The position numbers and the translations under genes are program-made. The notes beneath the pieces were generated by a model. That model saw only the letters and a program-made list of their open reading frames with translations. It was not told the DNA's origin and made no database searches. 64,000 nucleotides of DNA from a virus, in IMG/VR virus record IMGVR_UViG_3300045988_111426; one strand, written 5' to 3'. Positions 45,053-55,076 of the stretch are shown here, in pieces. Position 1 is the first letter of the stretch. Each line of letters opens with the position of its first letter.

Positions 45053-45517
45053 ATGAAGAAATTGAAGATCTTTGAGGGGATTGGAGAGATAAACGGAAGT
45101 GTTCTACAATCTGCTATACGGCAAAGATACTACGTGCAATTCTACTATTCTCGAGACGATGACGGTGTGCTCCCAGGTCCCAGATTTGTCGAGCCGTATT
45201 GTTATGGTTATTCAGTTGTCGACGGCAAGATTCGTCAATATCTCCGTGCGTGGATGGTGGCATCGACAGACAAAGAAGATAACCTCCGAGGAAAAGTGAA
45301 GATTCGATCTGTTTCAAAATCTGGGAGACGTGGGAGACGTGAATGGTCTGTCGAATCGGGCTGGAGACTTTATAGGGTCGATTCTATGTCGAACATGTAC
45401 GTTCATCGTCGAAAGTTCTCATACTATCGTAAAGGTTATAACGGTTCGACCGATATCGCAATGTCGACCATAATCGAACAGATTCCCAAGGGTGAATTCA
45501 AGGGTGAGAAGAGATGA
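45053..45517 (+). CDS. hypothetical virion-type protein
   Basis: Track ORF of 154 aa. Confidence 0.55.
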   Translation: MKKLKIFEGIGEINGSVLQSAIRQRYYVQFYYSRDDDGVLPGPRFVEPYCYGYSVVDGKIRQYLRAWMVASTDKEDNLRGKVKIRSVSKSGRRGRREWSVESGWRLYRVDSMSNMYVHRRKFSYYRKGYNGSTDIAMSTIIEQIPKGEFKGEKR

Positions 45518-46863
45518 AAGAAGTAGTCGTTATTTTTGATCCCACAATTGATATCCAGAAGCACGGTGATATAAAAATCCCAGATGTCAAGGACATTCCG
45601 ATAGAAACAAAGAAGCGTGTGGGAAGATATGCTCCGTTTATTGATATCAATGGATTCCAATTTGACCACGGTTCAATTGAGAGCTTCGAACTTTCGATTG
45701 GGAAGTCTTTTTTACCTACGATTTCTTGTACTCTCCAAGACACTTTCGGGGTGATGAGGTCTTATGGAACTCTGACAGATGATGTATTAAAGTTATTCAT
45801 TCGTTCCGATAACAAAGACTTCAAACCAATAAGACAGAACTTCAGAATCATAAACTCGTCATCTTCATCTGGATCAGAAAATGCGAGAATCACGATCTTT
45901 GGTATTCTTGAAATCGAAGATTTCCACCATGACATAGTGAAATCGTTCGGAAAGAAGTCCTCGTTCGACACTTTGCAAGACATTGCAAAAATGTTCGGTC
46001 TTGGATTTGCATCAAACGACACGAAAACTGATGATGTGATGACGAGAATCTGTCCGAACATCACAATTCAAGAATTCTTGCAAACTGATCTCATTCCTTC
46101 AATGTACAAAGACGACAAATCTTTCTTCAGAGTTTTTGTTGATCAATATTACTACTTGAATGTTGTCGAGGTCAATGAGCTTTTTGATATAGACATTGAC
46201 ATTCGGAAAGTGAGAGAATCTCTCAAATATGGTGATCGTGATTTCGATACGAGTGATGAAGAAAAATCCGAGATGACACCATTCTTCTTGTCAAATGCTA
46301 ACATAAAGCTCTTGACAGAGAATGGAATCTCGTACTATCGTGTTGTGAACTCTATCGGAGATATGACAGAAGACGGTAACAAGATAAGCTGTCACTACTA
46401 TGATCACGATTCTTCGGAATATAAAGAGTTCTTCCAAAAGAGCTTGGAAACCGATGGTGATAGTCATAAACTCACGGATAGAACAGTTCATAAATCAGTG
46501 AACTTCATCGAGCAATATTCCGAAAATGTCCACAAGAACTACTACTTCTCAAAGATGTCAAACCTCCTACAAAGAAAGTCATCTTCACGATTTGGTCTTG
46601 AGTGTCACTTGATGGACATAAACAACTACGTTCGTGTATGTCAACAAATCCCGATCTTCATCCAAAGAGACAGAGAAGAGAGAGACAGAGCAGGAGACAG
46701 AGAAGAAGGGATCAGATTTGACAATATGCTATCTGGCCAATACGTCTCTGATGATCTTTCGTACGTTTACAGGTCTGATAGAGGTTTTTATACGAGATTG
46801 AAATGTGTAAAACGTGACTTTTGGAAAGGTGATGATGAAGAAGAGGGTGGAGGAGGAAAATAA
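45514..46863 (+). CDS. virion protein, possibly baseplate hub (gp27-like)
   Basis: Track ORF of 449 aa with an ATGA overlap to the upstream gene. There is only a loose pattern resemblance to hub proteins. Confidence 0.3.
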   Translation: MKEVVVIFDPTIDIQKHGDIKIPDVKDIPIETKKRVGRYAPFIDINGFQFDHGSIESFELSIGKSFLPTISCTLQDTFGVMRSYGTLTDDVLKLFIRSDNKDFKPIRQNFRIINSSSSSGSENARITIFGILEIEDFHHDIVKSFGKKSSFDTLQDIAKMFGLGFASNDTKTDDVMTRICPNITIQEFLQTDLIPSMYKDDKSFFRVFVDQYYYLNVVEVNELFDIDIDIRKVRESLKYGDRDFDTSDEEKSEMTPFFLSNANIKLLTENGISYYRVVNSIGDMTEDGNKISCHYYDHDSSEYKEFFQKSLETDGDSHKLTDRTVHKSVNFIEQYSENVHKNYYFSKMSNLLQRKSSSRFGLECHLMDINNYVRVCQQIPIFIQRDREERDRAGDREEGIRFDNMLSGQYVSDDLSYVYRSDRGFYTRLKCVKRDFWKGDDEEEGGGGK

Positions 46864-46889
46864 CCAATAATCCTTAACACAATAATAAC

Positions 46890-46930
46890 GAGAAAGCCCA
46901 ACAACTTGATAGAAGTTGTTGGGCTTTCTC
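46890..46930. terminator. bidirectional hairpin
   Basis: GAGAAAGCCCAACAACTT / AAGTTGTTGGGCTTTCTC, an 18-bp stem. Confidence 0.65.
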
Positions 46931-46934
46931 TTTG

Positions 46935-47022
46935 CCTTTTCCTTGGGCTTTCTTGCCTTCGATGCTATGTAAGTACCACTAAGACCATCAGAGTGCAAGG
47001 AAAGTACCTTCCTGTAATCAGA
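46935..47022 (+). repeat. degenerate copy of dispersed hairpin element (right arm intact)
   Basis: CAGAGTGCAAGGAAAGTACCTTCCTGTAATCAGAAGACC at 46989-47022. The left part is degraded (CCTTGGGCTTTCTTGCC). Confidence 0.6.
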
Positions 47023-47026
47023 AGAC

Positions 47027-48424
47027 CTATGTGAAGATCTGATAATCTTCTGGACTTATGAGTTCCCCAGTTTCTATGATTCTCATCTTTGAGAATTCTG
47101 TATCAAACTTTGCGAAGAAGTTCTTGTATTTCGAATCACGACATTTTAGATTCTTCATGTACATCGTGTGCTCGACCTGCATCTTCTCAGTGGCGATCAT
47201 CCCGATAACGCTATCGCATCTATAAACAATACCGTAAGATTCAGCAACAGATGAAAGTGTCATATCGGACATGTTCAAAGCACCTCTATTCAACTGATGA
47301 GCAGTTATCACACACCAGTTCGTCTCTGAAGCCATTTGATAGAGATCATCGGCATTCTGCTTGTGATATTGATACGTTTTATCTTGAGCCGTGCCGTGAT
47401 CGTTTTGTAGTTCTGTGAAATAGTCTATCACGATTGCGTGCCACTTGATCCCATGCTTCTCTTCAAGTCTCTTTGCAGTTCCGTAGATGTTTGAGACACC
47501 AGTCTTTGGGAACTTCAAGGCGAGGAACTTACCTGGTGGTACACCAATGTTCATGTGCTTCTGTCTAAACTTTTGGATAGATTCTGATAGAAGTGCGTCG
47601 TCGTTGGAGAATGTGTCATATTCCGATATTGGAATGTCGAAGGCGTTCGAGCCAATTCGTCGGAAAGTTCTTGGAATTGACATTTCGACAGACACAAACA
47701 GCACATTTTTGCCCGATCTTGAAATGTTGAGTGCAAGATTACCAAGGATCACCGATTTCCCAGAGTTTGTAGATCCCATGAACATGTTGAGAGTACCAGG
47801 TATGAATCCGTTATGTCTGTCCTCGGTGAGCATCTGGTTGAGCATTCCGTAACCAGTGTCGATATAATCTTCGATAGAAATCTGCTTGTGAGATTGAGGA
47901 TCATAGAAGTCAAAGACCTCCTCATCACCAAACGATAAAGATGATCCTCGAACTACAATCTCTCGTGCTTTTGATATCACTTCCTTTACATTCTCGGGTG
48001 TGATATTCTGTGTCTGCATATAAGATATTGATTCTTTATATGCTCGCTGGTTGTTTTGCCACATTATCCATGCACCAACAGTCTCGTCAAGCCATTCCTC
48101 AGAGAATGCTTTTATGTTTGTCTTGATGATGTATGATGCGTTCGCAATGAAAGTCTTCGCATTGTCGTCCTCTGACATGTTCAAGTCAATCATAAACGAC
48201 TTTTTGTCTTCCATTACGAGATATTCGATCTGCTCTACACTTGGATTTTCTGGAGAGAATATCTGCTCGTGGAATCTTTCGTAGAATTGTTTGGTGAGCT
48301 TTGATAGTGCCTTCAGAGTTGGAGATTTGAAGAACTCATGATCAACAGATTTCCAAAGGTGAGGTTGTGAGTTTATGTAAACGTAAGCTATGTTCTCAAA
48401 GTTCTGACCAAATCCAACAGCCAT
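47027..48424 (-). CDS. DnaB-like replicative helicase (gp41-like role)
   Basis: Walker A GSTNSGKS, Walker B AIVIDYF, and AHQLNRG. The GTG start in the track lies inside a terminator hairpin, so the ORF was trimmed to the ATG at 48424. Confidence 0.75.
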   Translation of the reverse strand: MAVGFGQNFENIAYVYINSQPHLWKSVDHEFFKSPTLKALSKLTKQFYERFHEQIFSPENPSVEQIEYLVMEDKKSFMIDLNMSEDDNAKTFIANASYIIKTNIKAFSEEWLDETVGAWIMWQNNQRAYKESISYMQTQNITPENVKEVISKAREIVVRGSSLSFGDEEVFDFYDPQSHKQISIEDYIDTGYGMLNQMLTEDRHNGFIPGTLNMFMGSTNSGKSVILGNLALNISRSGKNVLFVSVEMSIPRTFRRIGSNAFDIPISEYDTFSNDDALLSESIQKFRQKHMNIGVPPGKFLALKFPKTGVSNIYGTAKRLEEKHGIKWHAIVIDYFTELQNDHGTAQDKTYQYHKQNADDLYQMASETNWCVITAHQLNRGALNMSDMTLSSVAESYGIVYRCDSVIGMIATEKMQVEHTMYMKNLKCRDSKYKNFFAKFDTEFSKMRIIETGELISPEDYQIFT

Positions 48425-48498
48425 TTTCTTGTTGTAGTTTTTTGAAGATAGTTTGTGGGGGCTTTGTGCTTTTATTTCCAGCAAAGCCCACACATTCT

Positions 48499-48762
48499 TT
48501 ATAAGAGAGAAATCGTCTTGTCTTCTTCACCTATCACGGAAGCATGACCAAGAGAGACCATATCGTCCACAAGAGACCAAAGTTGGTCACGTTTCTCTTC
48601 ACCGAACACTTTCACGATGTCGTTGAACTTCATCGATTTCCTACCTTTCGAGAGGATTGCATAAACGACATCATCAATAGAGTGGTTTGTATAGTGAAGA
48701 TATTCACCAGAGATGTGCTTTATCTTCAGATCCTGCTTATCTACGAGTTCATCGATCTTCAT
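48499..48762 (-). CDS. hypothetical protein
   Basis: Track ORF of 87 aa with an ATGA overlap to the recombinase gene. Confidence 0.5.
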   Translation of the reverse strand: MKIDELVDKQDLKIKHISGEYLHYTNHSIDDVVYAILSKGRKSMKFNDIVKVFGEEKRDQLWSLVDDMVSLGHASVIGEEDKTISLL

Positions 48763-50528
48763 AATCCGCTCATAATCTTGTCCATTTCGGAAAGTTCTTC
48801 AATATCGGTGTTTGAAAGATCACCGTCCATGTCCTCATATTCTTTATCTCTGTAAGAGAACAGAGGAATCATGACCTTCTCATCAAGCGTCTTCAAGATT
48901 TCGTCAGTGAAGACATGTTTGTTGAAGATTTCCAGATTCTTGAAGGACTTATTGAGATGACGGACTACCCATTCAGTCCCAGTGGGTGTGGGGAAACAGA
49001 CCTTCTCCGTAGATGATGGCGTGAGTTTTCCATCTTCGAATCTTTCCGTGAAGAACTTCTCGGTGAATACGAATTTCTGATCCTTCTTTTCGTTGATTTC
49101 CTGCGTCTGTTCAGATTCGACTTCGATGAGTCTTTCCACATAAGACCCATCATTTATCGACTGGATGATCGACTTCTTGAACTTGAGTTTCTGATTCTTT
49201 GCAACGTCGAGTTTCACATTCCCGACCATATAAGCATCACCGCTGTCGATATAGCTCGAGATCATCTTCGTCATTGCTTCATCAGAATAGATGCCGTGCA
49301 CGATCAGTTTGTCCTTGATCGTCTTTGTTTCGAGATCTTCTGTGAAGTCAAACACATCTTGCTCCATCATACGTATGAGGTCTGGCAGTACGATCGTGTT
49401 ATCTGACGATACAATTCGAATATGACCATTGTAGAGGTCGTATGACAGAGATTGATAGAACGTTTGCTTCTTTGCCTGTGCAAGTTCTCGTTCTATTTCC
49501 TTCGTCGAGTAAGTCTTCGTTTTGTCAAGACCGATCTTCTTTGATATCTCTGAAGCCACGTCTACATACGCCACCATTCTTCCTCGGTCGATCCCACAGA
49601 TGTTCCAAGATACGAATTCCTGTAAGCCCATGTAAGCGTTAAGCCCCTTTGTGAAGGAGATGTAAAACTCTACTGGTCTGTGAATTGAGAATCGAGATTC
49701 ATTGATCCCTGCAGTTACAATGACCCCCATCTTCTGCTTGTTCTCATCCCGATCGAACTTCTTACGAAGAGATACAAGAACGGATGCCATGTAAGTGATC
49801 CCTTTACCACCGCTTGTTACACGAACTCGCTGATATCCTTGCTCGGCTTCGTATTCATGTGCAGTACAGAGCATTGGGATGTCGAGCTTCCCAAGACGAG
49901 GTGTGATCATGTTGAACAGAAGCTTGATTTCCTTGGCTACTGTCCCCATGTCCTGCTTCATTTCACCACTTAGAGCATCGGAGAATTGCTTCGATGAGTT
50001 CAGTGCAGAAAGTGAATCGATGAAAACTGCAACCTTTGGGATTTCAAGCTTTTCATCTTCGGAAAGCTTCTTGTTCTTCTGCTCGTATTCCTTCTTCGTA
50101 TCAAGTAGTGATTGTGTGAGCTGTGTGAGCTGTACAGTGATGTCTGCCACAGTCTCTGGTACAATCACACGTACGCCTTGAGGATCAACGCCTTGTGCTA
50201 TAAATCTGTCATAGCTCGTGGCGTTCTCGGTGTCGAAATAGATGCAGAAATAACCCTTCTTTTGTAACTGTGCCATGCATGACAGAAGAACGAAGGATTT
50301 CCCAGTTTTTGGATCACCAGATATCGTGATGATTCTCCCAGAAGGTACACCTTTGAGGATTGATCCCGATATGCAGGCGTTGAGGACATAAGAACCTGTG
50401 TGAACCCATTCTCGGATTTCTGCTGTTGTGTGTTCAGAGAGCAGACCACCAGATTTATCAAAGTTTCCAATGAATTGGTTGATCTCTGAAAAACTCTTTG
50501 CGTTTCCGTTAAAGATAGTTTTTGCCAT
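48759..50528 (-). CDS. RecA/UvsX-like recombinase with long C-terminal extension
   Basis: Walker A GDPKTGKSF and Walker B VFIDSLSAL. The RecA-type core fills the first ~330 aa and is followed by ~250 extra aa. Confidence 0.75.
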   Translation of the reverse strand: MAKTIFNGNAKSFSEINQFIGNFDKSGGLLSEHTTAEIREWVHTGSYVLNACISGSILKGVPSGRIITISGDPKTGKSFVLLSCMAQLQKKGYFCIYFDTENATSYDRFIAQGVDPQGVRVIVPETVADITVQLTQLTQSLLDTKKEYEQKNKKLSEDEKLEIPKVAVFIDSLSALNSSKQFSDALSGEMKQDMGTVAKEIKLLFNMITPRLGKLDIPMLCTAHEYEAEQGYQRVRVTSGGKGITYMASVLVSLRKKFDRDENKQKMGVIVTAGINESRFSIHRPVEFYISFTKGLNAYMGLQEFVSWNICGIDRGRMVAYVDVASEISKKIGLDKTKTYSTKEIERELAQAKKQTFYQSLSYDLYNGHIRIVSSDNTIVLPDLIRMMEQDVFDFTEDLETKTIKDKLIVHGIYSDEAMTKMISSYIDSGDAYMVGNVKLDVAKNQKLKFKKSIIQSINDGSYVERLIEVESEQTQEINEKKDQKFVFTEKFFTERFEDGKLTPSSTEKVCFPTPTGTEWVVRHLNKSFKNLEIFNKHVFTDEILKTLDEKVMIPLFSYRDKEYEDMDGDLSNTDIEELSEMDKIMSGL

Positions 50529-50586
50529 ATTAATTCATAAATGGATGTTACCATTTTTCTCCACGTTTCTTATATTTCAGAAACAC

Positions 50587-50631
50587 TTTGAGGGGCTGAC
50601 AAACCTCAAGATGGTTCATCAGCCCCTCAAA
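50587..50631 (-). terminator. hairpin downstream of capsid gene
   Basis: TTTGAGGGGCTGA / TCAGCCCCTCAAA. Confidence 0.6.
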
Positions 50632-50661
50632 AAGGAGAGTGTATTTTTATGGCTTTCGTGT

Positions 50662-52284
50662 TTAGACGAGCTTGTCGCTACCTTCTACGACGAACGTCAT
50701 GTACTGAGCTTCTGGATGAGAACCACGTTCAGCGATAACGTAGCGAGACTTAAGTCTGAACTTCTTCTCCATCGTACCTTCAGCGACGGTTTCAACCTTT
50801 TCACCGAGGATGTATGGGCAGAATGCGAGACCTGGGGTCTTTTCACCACCCTTGTTGAAGACAGCTACACGGCAGTCGTTCAGATCCATCAGACCATCTT
50901 CGAAGACATCAATTCCGTAGAACTGACCGAGGTGGGCGAGGGATGACTGCGTCTGAAGCGTGTTTTCAAATGGGGCGATAGCAAAACCACGAACGTCACG
51001 GATAGCCGTAGAGTTCGTACCATTGACAACAGCGGTGTTACCTGCACCTACACGACCACGATTCTTGATGATCGTAGAAGCGAAGAACATTCTCGTGATG
51101 ATTCTCTTCTGCAGGGTGGAAAGGTTTTCTGCGATTGCACCAACAGCAGGGAGAACAGAGGTTGCACCAGAGATCTGCTTGAGTTCACCATCAAGACCAA
51201 CAAATTCCTGCGTTGCACCAGTACCAGTACCGAAGTTTGCGTTGAGGTTGATGTTGGAGAGCTTGTTGATAGCAACGTGATGATCCCAACCCGAAGCGAA
51301 GATCATAGAAAGAATGTGATCATTGATAGACTGATCGAGGTCATTCTTCATGATTTCTTCAGAGAATTCAAGCATGTCGAAGTCGTGATCCATGCGAGCG
51401 TCCTGAATCTGCTCCGTGGTCAGAGAGAGGTCAACGTGGAAGGTTTCTGCAGAGAACGTTCTGTTCCACATCTTCGTACCAAGAGTACGTGCACCCTGCG
51501 TTTCACCAACTTCACGTGACATTGGCTTGTACAGGGACTTGCCGTTGTTACGACCAACGTGGAAAGGATCGTTGTTCTGAAGACCAGAACCTGCGAAACC
51601 AGCGATGAAGTTCGTGAAGCCGTTCACGTAGTCGACAGTGTTACCACTGAGAACCCACTTACCGCTACCCGAGGTGATTTCTGCGTTTTCGAGGATTTCT
51701 GCCAGTACCTTGTCCTTATGAGTGGCTTCAACACTTACGAGATCGAAGATGAAGTTACCATTGTACTGGTGGATGCCGATGAACTTGGCTTCAGCAACCT
51801 TCGTTGCACCACCAGTTTCCTTGATTTCGTACTTTTCACCAACCTTCAGAGGATCTGCACTCGTCGTGGTCTTTGCCTTGATCTGGAAGACCTGCAGGTG
51901 ATTACCATTTGCAGATTCCTTCTTACCACCAGCGTAAACTGGTTCTGCAACAACCATCGTGATGTTGCTCTTCGTCATAGGAGCTACGTGCAGGAGGTCG
52001 AAACCAACGTTAGTAGCTGCAGTGTCTACGAATACCGTAAACAATCTGTCGAACATTTCTGCAGAACCGTGCTCAGTAGCCGATCCGAATGAGAACGCAC
52101 CACGACCTGGGACGTTAGCACCATTAGAAGCACTTTCGTAAATCTTTCTGGTGTGAGCCATGAGGGCGATATCACGAAGTCGAGACTCATTGACAGAATA
52201 ACCTCTGTCCTTAAACAGCTTTCTCAACTTAGAAGAGTGTTCATTGACCACTCTGTTGAGAAGACCTTCATTTATCTTAGTCAT
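50662..52284 (-). CDS. major capsid protein (gp23-like by position and size)
   Basis: 540 aa, immediately downstream of the gp21-like protease/scaffold gene, with its own late-type motif and a strong terminator. Confidence 0.65.
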   Translation of the reverse strand: MTKINEGLLNRVVNEHSSKLRKLFKDRGYSVNESRLRDIALMAHTRKIYESASNGANVPGRGAFSFGSATEHGSAEMFDRLFTVFVDTAATNVGFDLLHVAPMTKSNITMVVAEPVYAGGKKESANGNHLQVFQIKAKTTTSADPLKVGEKYEIKETGGATKVAEAKFIGIHQYNGNFIFDLVSVEATHKDKVLAEILENAEITSGSGKWVLSGNTVDYVNGFTNFIAGFAGSGLQNNDPFHVGRNNGKSLYKPMSREVGETQGARTLGTKMWNRTFSAETFHVDLSLTTEQIQDARMDHDFDMLEFSEEIMKNDLDQSINDHILSMIFASGWDHHVAINKLSNINLNANFGTGTGATQEFVGLDGELKQISGATSVLPAVGAIAENLSTLQKRIITRMFFASTIIKNRGRVGAGNTAVVNGTNSTAIRDVRGFAIAPFENTLQTQSSLAHLGQFYGIDVFEDGLMDLNDCRVAVFNKGGEKTPGLAFCPYILGEKVETVAEGTMEKKFRLKSRYVIAERGSHPEAQYMTFVVEGSDKLV

Positions 52285-52311
52285 ATAAATCTTCTTTTGT
52301 TATAATTTTGA

Positions 52312-52323
52312 TTTCGTTATTTA
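52312..52323 (-). promoter_or_regulatory. late-type motif TAAATAACGAAA
   Basis: Exact 12-mer, 27 nt upstream of the capsid ATG. Confidence 0.5.
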
Positions 52324-52343
52324 GGAGAGATTTCTCTCGGTCA

Positions 52344-54305
52344 TTAAAGACCGAGAGAATCCCAAATGGAGAAGAATTCCGATTTAGATCTCGGATTCTT
52401 TGTTTCAAAAACAGATTTCACGTAAGTCTTCTGATCCTCATCAAGCGAGTTGTACTGCTTTGCAAATCTGTTAGGAACGTAGAGTGAGCCGTCAGATTCA
52501 AACACACGGAAAGCGGGTGCTTGTGCCTTGATCGTCTCGATGACGTTGTCGATTCTTGAACCAATGCTTGTAGCATCTTCAATCTTTCGAGCGGTTGCAG
52601 ATTCCTTCACCATCTGCTTCGTTCTGTCTGCAGATTCTGCGATGAAGGAAACATCGCTTTCGATATTGTCGACATGAGACATTACTGCTTGCTGTGATGA
52701 TTCGATATCCTCGATCTTCTGACTAAAGGTTTTGGCAACACCATCCAGCTTCTGGGAGATCTTTGCAACTTCTGCAGACTTGTCAAGTGCAGAGTTGTTT
52801 GATTCGATCCATGAGATAATGTTATAAACATCGTCACGTATTTCATCAATCGTGCAGAATGCGCTTTCGATATCTGCCTTGTATTCTTCAAGAACTCGGT
52901 TTACATTTCCGACGAGAGAATTTATCGATTTCTTGAACTCCGCTCTATCTTGGTTGATCTGTGCATAAAGCTTGTTGACGATATGCTTGACATCTGCGAT
53001 TTCGTTTTTCGATCTGACTTCCGAGTTTTCGATTTCGTCATAGATGAAATCGTTCTTCATATCACAAGCGATAAGAACAACATCTTCCATCGTGCAATCA
53101 TCCACAACTACGCCATATTCGGGATACTTGACAAAGAACTCTCTGGCGACTTCGAACTTATCTTCATATCCGTAAGAAGGATCGTTGCAGAAGTCAGAAA
53201 CTACCAACTTCACAGATTCGCATTCGTTCACAGACTGGATCTTGCGCAGAACATTTCTCTTTGATTTCTTGCTTTCTTCGATGATGCGAGCATAGCGATC
53301 AATGTCTGCCTTACCATCACCTTCTTCTACGGATTCCCCGAAGTTGTTCTTGAATACCTGCTTGATTTCTGCGAAATAATCATCACATGCACGACCAACT
53401 TCGATCTTGATGAAGTCACCGATATTTTCACAAGACGTTCCATCATCGTAAACGTATCTACCACAATCCATGAAGTAGTTCACGATTGCATCAGAAAGCA
53501 TTGGACTTGGATCATTTTCGTTGAAATAATCGATAAACTTTGGATAGTCAAAGAATTCGTCGAGTTTTTCGATCACATCACTCGTGAAATCATAAGCTCC
53601 CTTCACCGAAGGATTGAACAGAAGCGAGAGAACATCTTCCTTTGTGAGTTCGCTTAGCTTATAAGTCTTATTTTCCATATTAATATTTTCAGATTCAGTA
53701 CCATCTACCGCCTTCTGTCTTGAGTAAACGCTGGTATAACTGCTCTTTCCATCGAATGATTCGAGGACTGGAGAAAGTTTAGCGTTCCCAAACCCAGGTC
53801 TGTAGACGATATCGTATGTGTGAATTTGTGCCAACCATACTCGTCCATCTTTGTCAATGAGACCAGATGATCTTGAGCTAATGAACAGTGGCATACCAGC
53901 ATCAACACAAGCCTTTGCGTCCTTACCCCATTCAGTGTCGAGAAGCTTGATTCTGATCCAGACTTCATCAGTCTCTGGCTTGTACCAAAGCTTTGTGATG
54001 AGGTGGGACAGGTCTTTCATTTTTGGCGTGAAGATGTCCTTCGTTTCGTCCTCTTCATCACCATTGGGATGATCAAGAGATCCTGCAAGCGAGTTCTGTT
54101 CTATTTCCTTCTGTAGGTACTCGACATGACGAAGATACTCATCTCTGTCGTAGAATCTTGCGTTTTCGTTTTTCCCATTAAAGGTAGCACAGACACCCTC
54201 AAAGACATAATCTTTGACCCCATTTGCGGTTTCCAACGATTCATTTACACGATTCATTGGAACGCTATGGTTCTCAAAGATTACAACATTTTTATTGTTA
54301 CTCAT
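52344..54305 (-). CDS. prohead serine protease (T4 gp21-like) fused to a scaffold-like coiled-coil region
   Basis: NARFYDRDEY...LAGSLDHP...FISSRSSG parallels T4 gp21 NKRLYPKRIL...LGELNHP...GVSSRGLGS. The C-terminal ~400 aa are acidic and helical. Confidence 0.7.
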   Translation of the reverse strand: MSNNKNVVIFENHSVPMNRVNESLETANGVKDYVFEGVCATFNGKNENARFYDRDEYLRHVEYLQKEIEQNSLAGSLDHPNGDEEDETKDIFTPKMKDLSHLITKLWYKPETDEVWIRIKLLDTEWGKDAKACVDAGMPLFISSRSSGLIDKDGRVWLAQIHTYDIVYRPGFGNAKLSPVLESFDGKSSYTSVYSRQKAVDGTESENINMENKTYKLSELTKEDVLSLLFNPSVKGAYDFTSDVIEKLDEFFDYPKFIDYFNENDPSPMLSDAIVNYFMDCGRYVYDDGTSCENIGDFIKIEVGRACDDYFAEIKQVFKNNFGESVEEGDGKADIDRYARIIEESKKSKRNVLRKIQSVNECESVKLVVSDFCNDPSYGYEDKFEVAREFFVKYPEYGVVVDDCTMEDVVLIACDMKNDFIYDEIENSEVRSKNEIADVKHIVNKLYAQINQDRAEFKKSINSLVGNVNRVLEEYKADIESAFCTIDEIRDDVYNIISWIESNNSALDKSAEVAKISQKLDGVAKTFSQKIEDIESSQQAVMSHVDNIESDVSFIAESADRTKQMVKESATARKIEDATSIGSRIDNVIETIKAQAPAFRVFESDGSLYVPNRFAKQYNSLDEDQKTYVKSVFETKNPRSKSEFFSIWDSLGL

Positions 54306-54326
54306 TGGATAGTCTTTCTTGAATTG

Positions 54327-54341
54327 TTTGCTTATTTAAGG
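54327..54341 (-). promoter_or_regulatory. late-type motif variant CCTTAAATAAGCAAA
   Basis: Identical to 28678-28692. It lies 21 nt upstream of the protease ATG and contains the stop codon of the upstream gene. Confidence 0.4.
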
Positions 54342-54968
54342 TTGGGAAAGGTCTAAATACTTACCATCTTCGAGCGAGACAATGCCTTTTAAAACACCTT
54401 TTGAAGCATAATTTCGAATCGACTGTATTGCAGATTGTTCTGTTTTGTAGTGATGATCTATCGACGATATCACGGTCACGAGTTCTGACTTCCCATGTTC
54501 TTCGAGGTACTTCTTGATCTCGGAGACGGTCTTCTTGAATGGTGTGAAGTATGGAACACCACCACTTCCTGCAAGAGCGAACGATTTCTGTTCATCGTAT
54601 AGTTTTAAGGTTTGCGTGGGGATTTCTTGTGCAGGGTTGTATTGGATGCTTACATTTCCATCAAAATCTACAACAATAATACCAATGTTCAGACCTCTGC
54701 ACATACCAGAGATCATCTTTCGTCGAGATTTCCGATAGATGTTCTCGGGAATTGCAATGAAAGAGTAATTACACCACTTCTTGTTCTTGAATGCCTGTTC
54801 CCAAAGTTTCATATTCAACGTCACTTTGGTTTCTATTGCCATAAGTCCCGATTTCCTACGAACCACAATATCAATGACACGTGAAGAACAAGCTTTCACT
54901 TCTTGATACACTTCGCAATCTTTGGAGAAATGAGAGACTACCAATTTTGCTAAATCTACCTCTAACAT
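54336..54968 (-). CDS. PD-(D/E)xK nuclease-fold protein, putative
   Basis: EVYQEV...RVIDIVVRRKSGLMAIETKV gives the E...D...ExK arrangement. Size 210 aa. Confidence 0.4.
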   Translation of the reverse strand: MLEVDLAKLVVSHFSKDCEVYQEVKACSSRVIDIVVRRKSGLMAIETKVTLNMKLWEQAFKNKKWCNYSFIAIPENIYRKSRRKMISGMCRGLNIGIIVVDFDGNVSIQYNPAQEIPTQTLKLYDEQKSFALAGSGGVPYFTPFKKTVSEIKKYLEEHGKSELVTVISSIDHHYKTEQSAIQSIRNYASKGVLKGIVSLEDGKYLDLSQP

Positions 54969-54996
54969 ATTGATGATGATCGATATTTTTAAAAAA

Positions 54997-55033
54997 GTGA
55001 AACCTCGTGATAACGAATATCACGAGGTTTCAC
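54997..55033. terminator. bidirectional hairpin flanked by A- and T-runs
   Basis: GTGAAACCTCGTGATA / TATCACGAGGTTTCAC. Confidence 0.65.
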
Positions 55034-55076
55034 TTTTTGTTTGTGTTATTTAAAATATCGATCTCGACGGAGACGG

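Noticed and set aside
48425-48493. GTG start at 48493 for the DnaB-like gene. Similar alternative-codon or extended starts occur at 61402, 38604, 36647, 30084, 11543 and 23773.
   Set aside because: These starts lie inside terminator hairpins or overlap neighbouring genes. Downstream ATGs were preferred. Exact starts remain uncertain.
47027-50528. Inteins inside the DnaB-like helicase or the RecA-like recombinase, which are common intein hosts.
   Set aside because: There are no HN[CST] junctions, no block B (TxxH) and no size excess at the P-loops. The recombinase's extra length is C-terminal, not an insertion.
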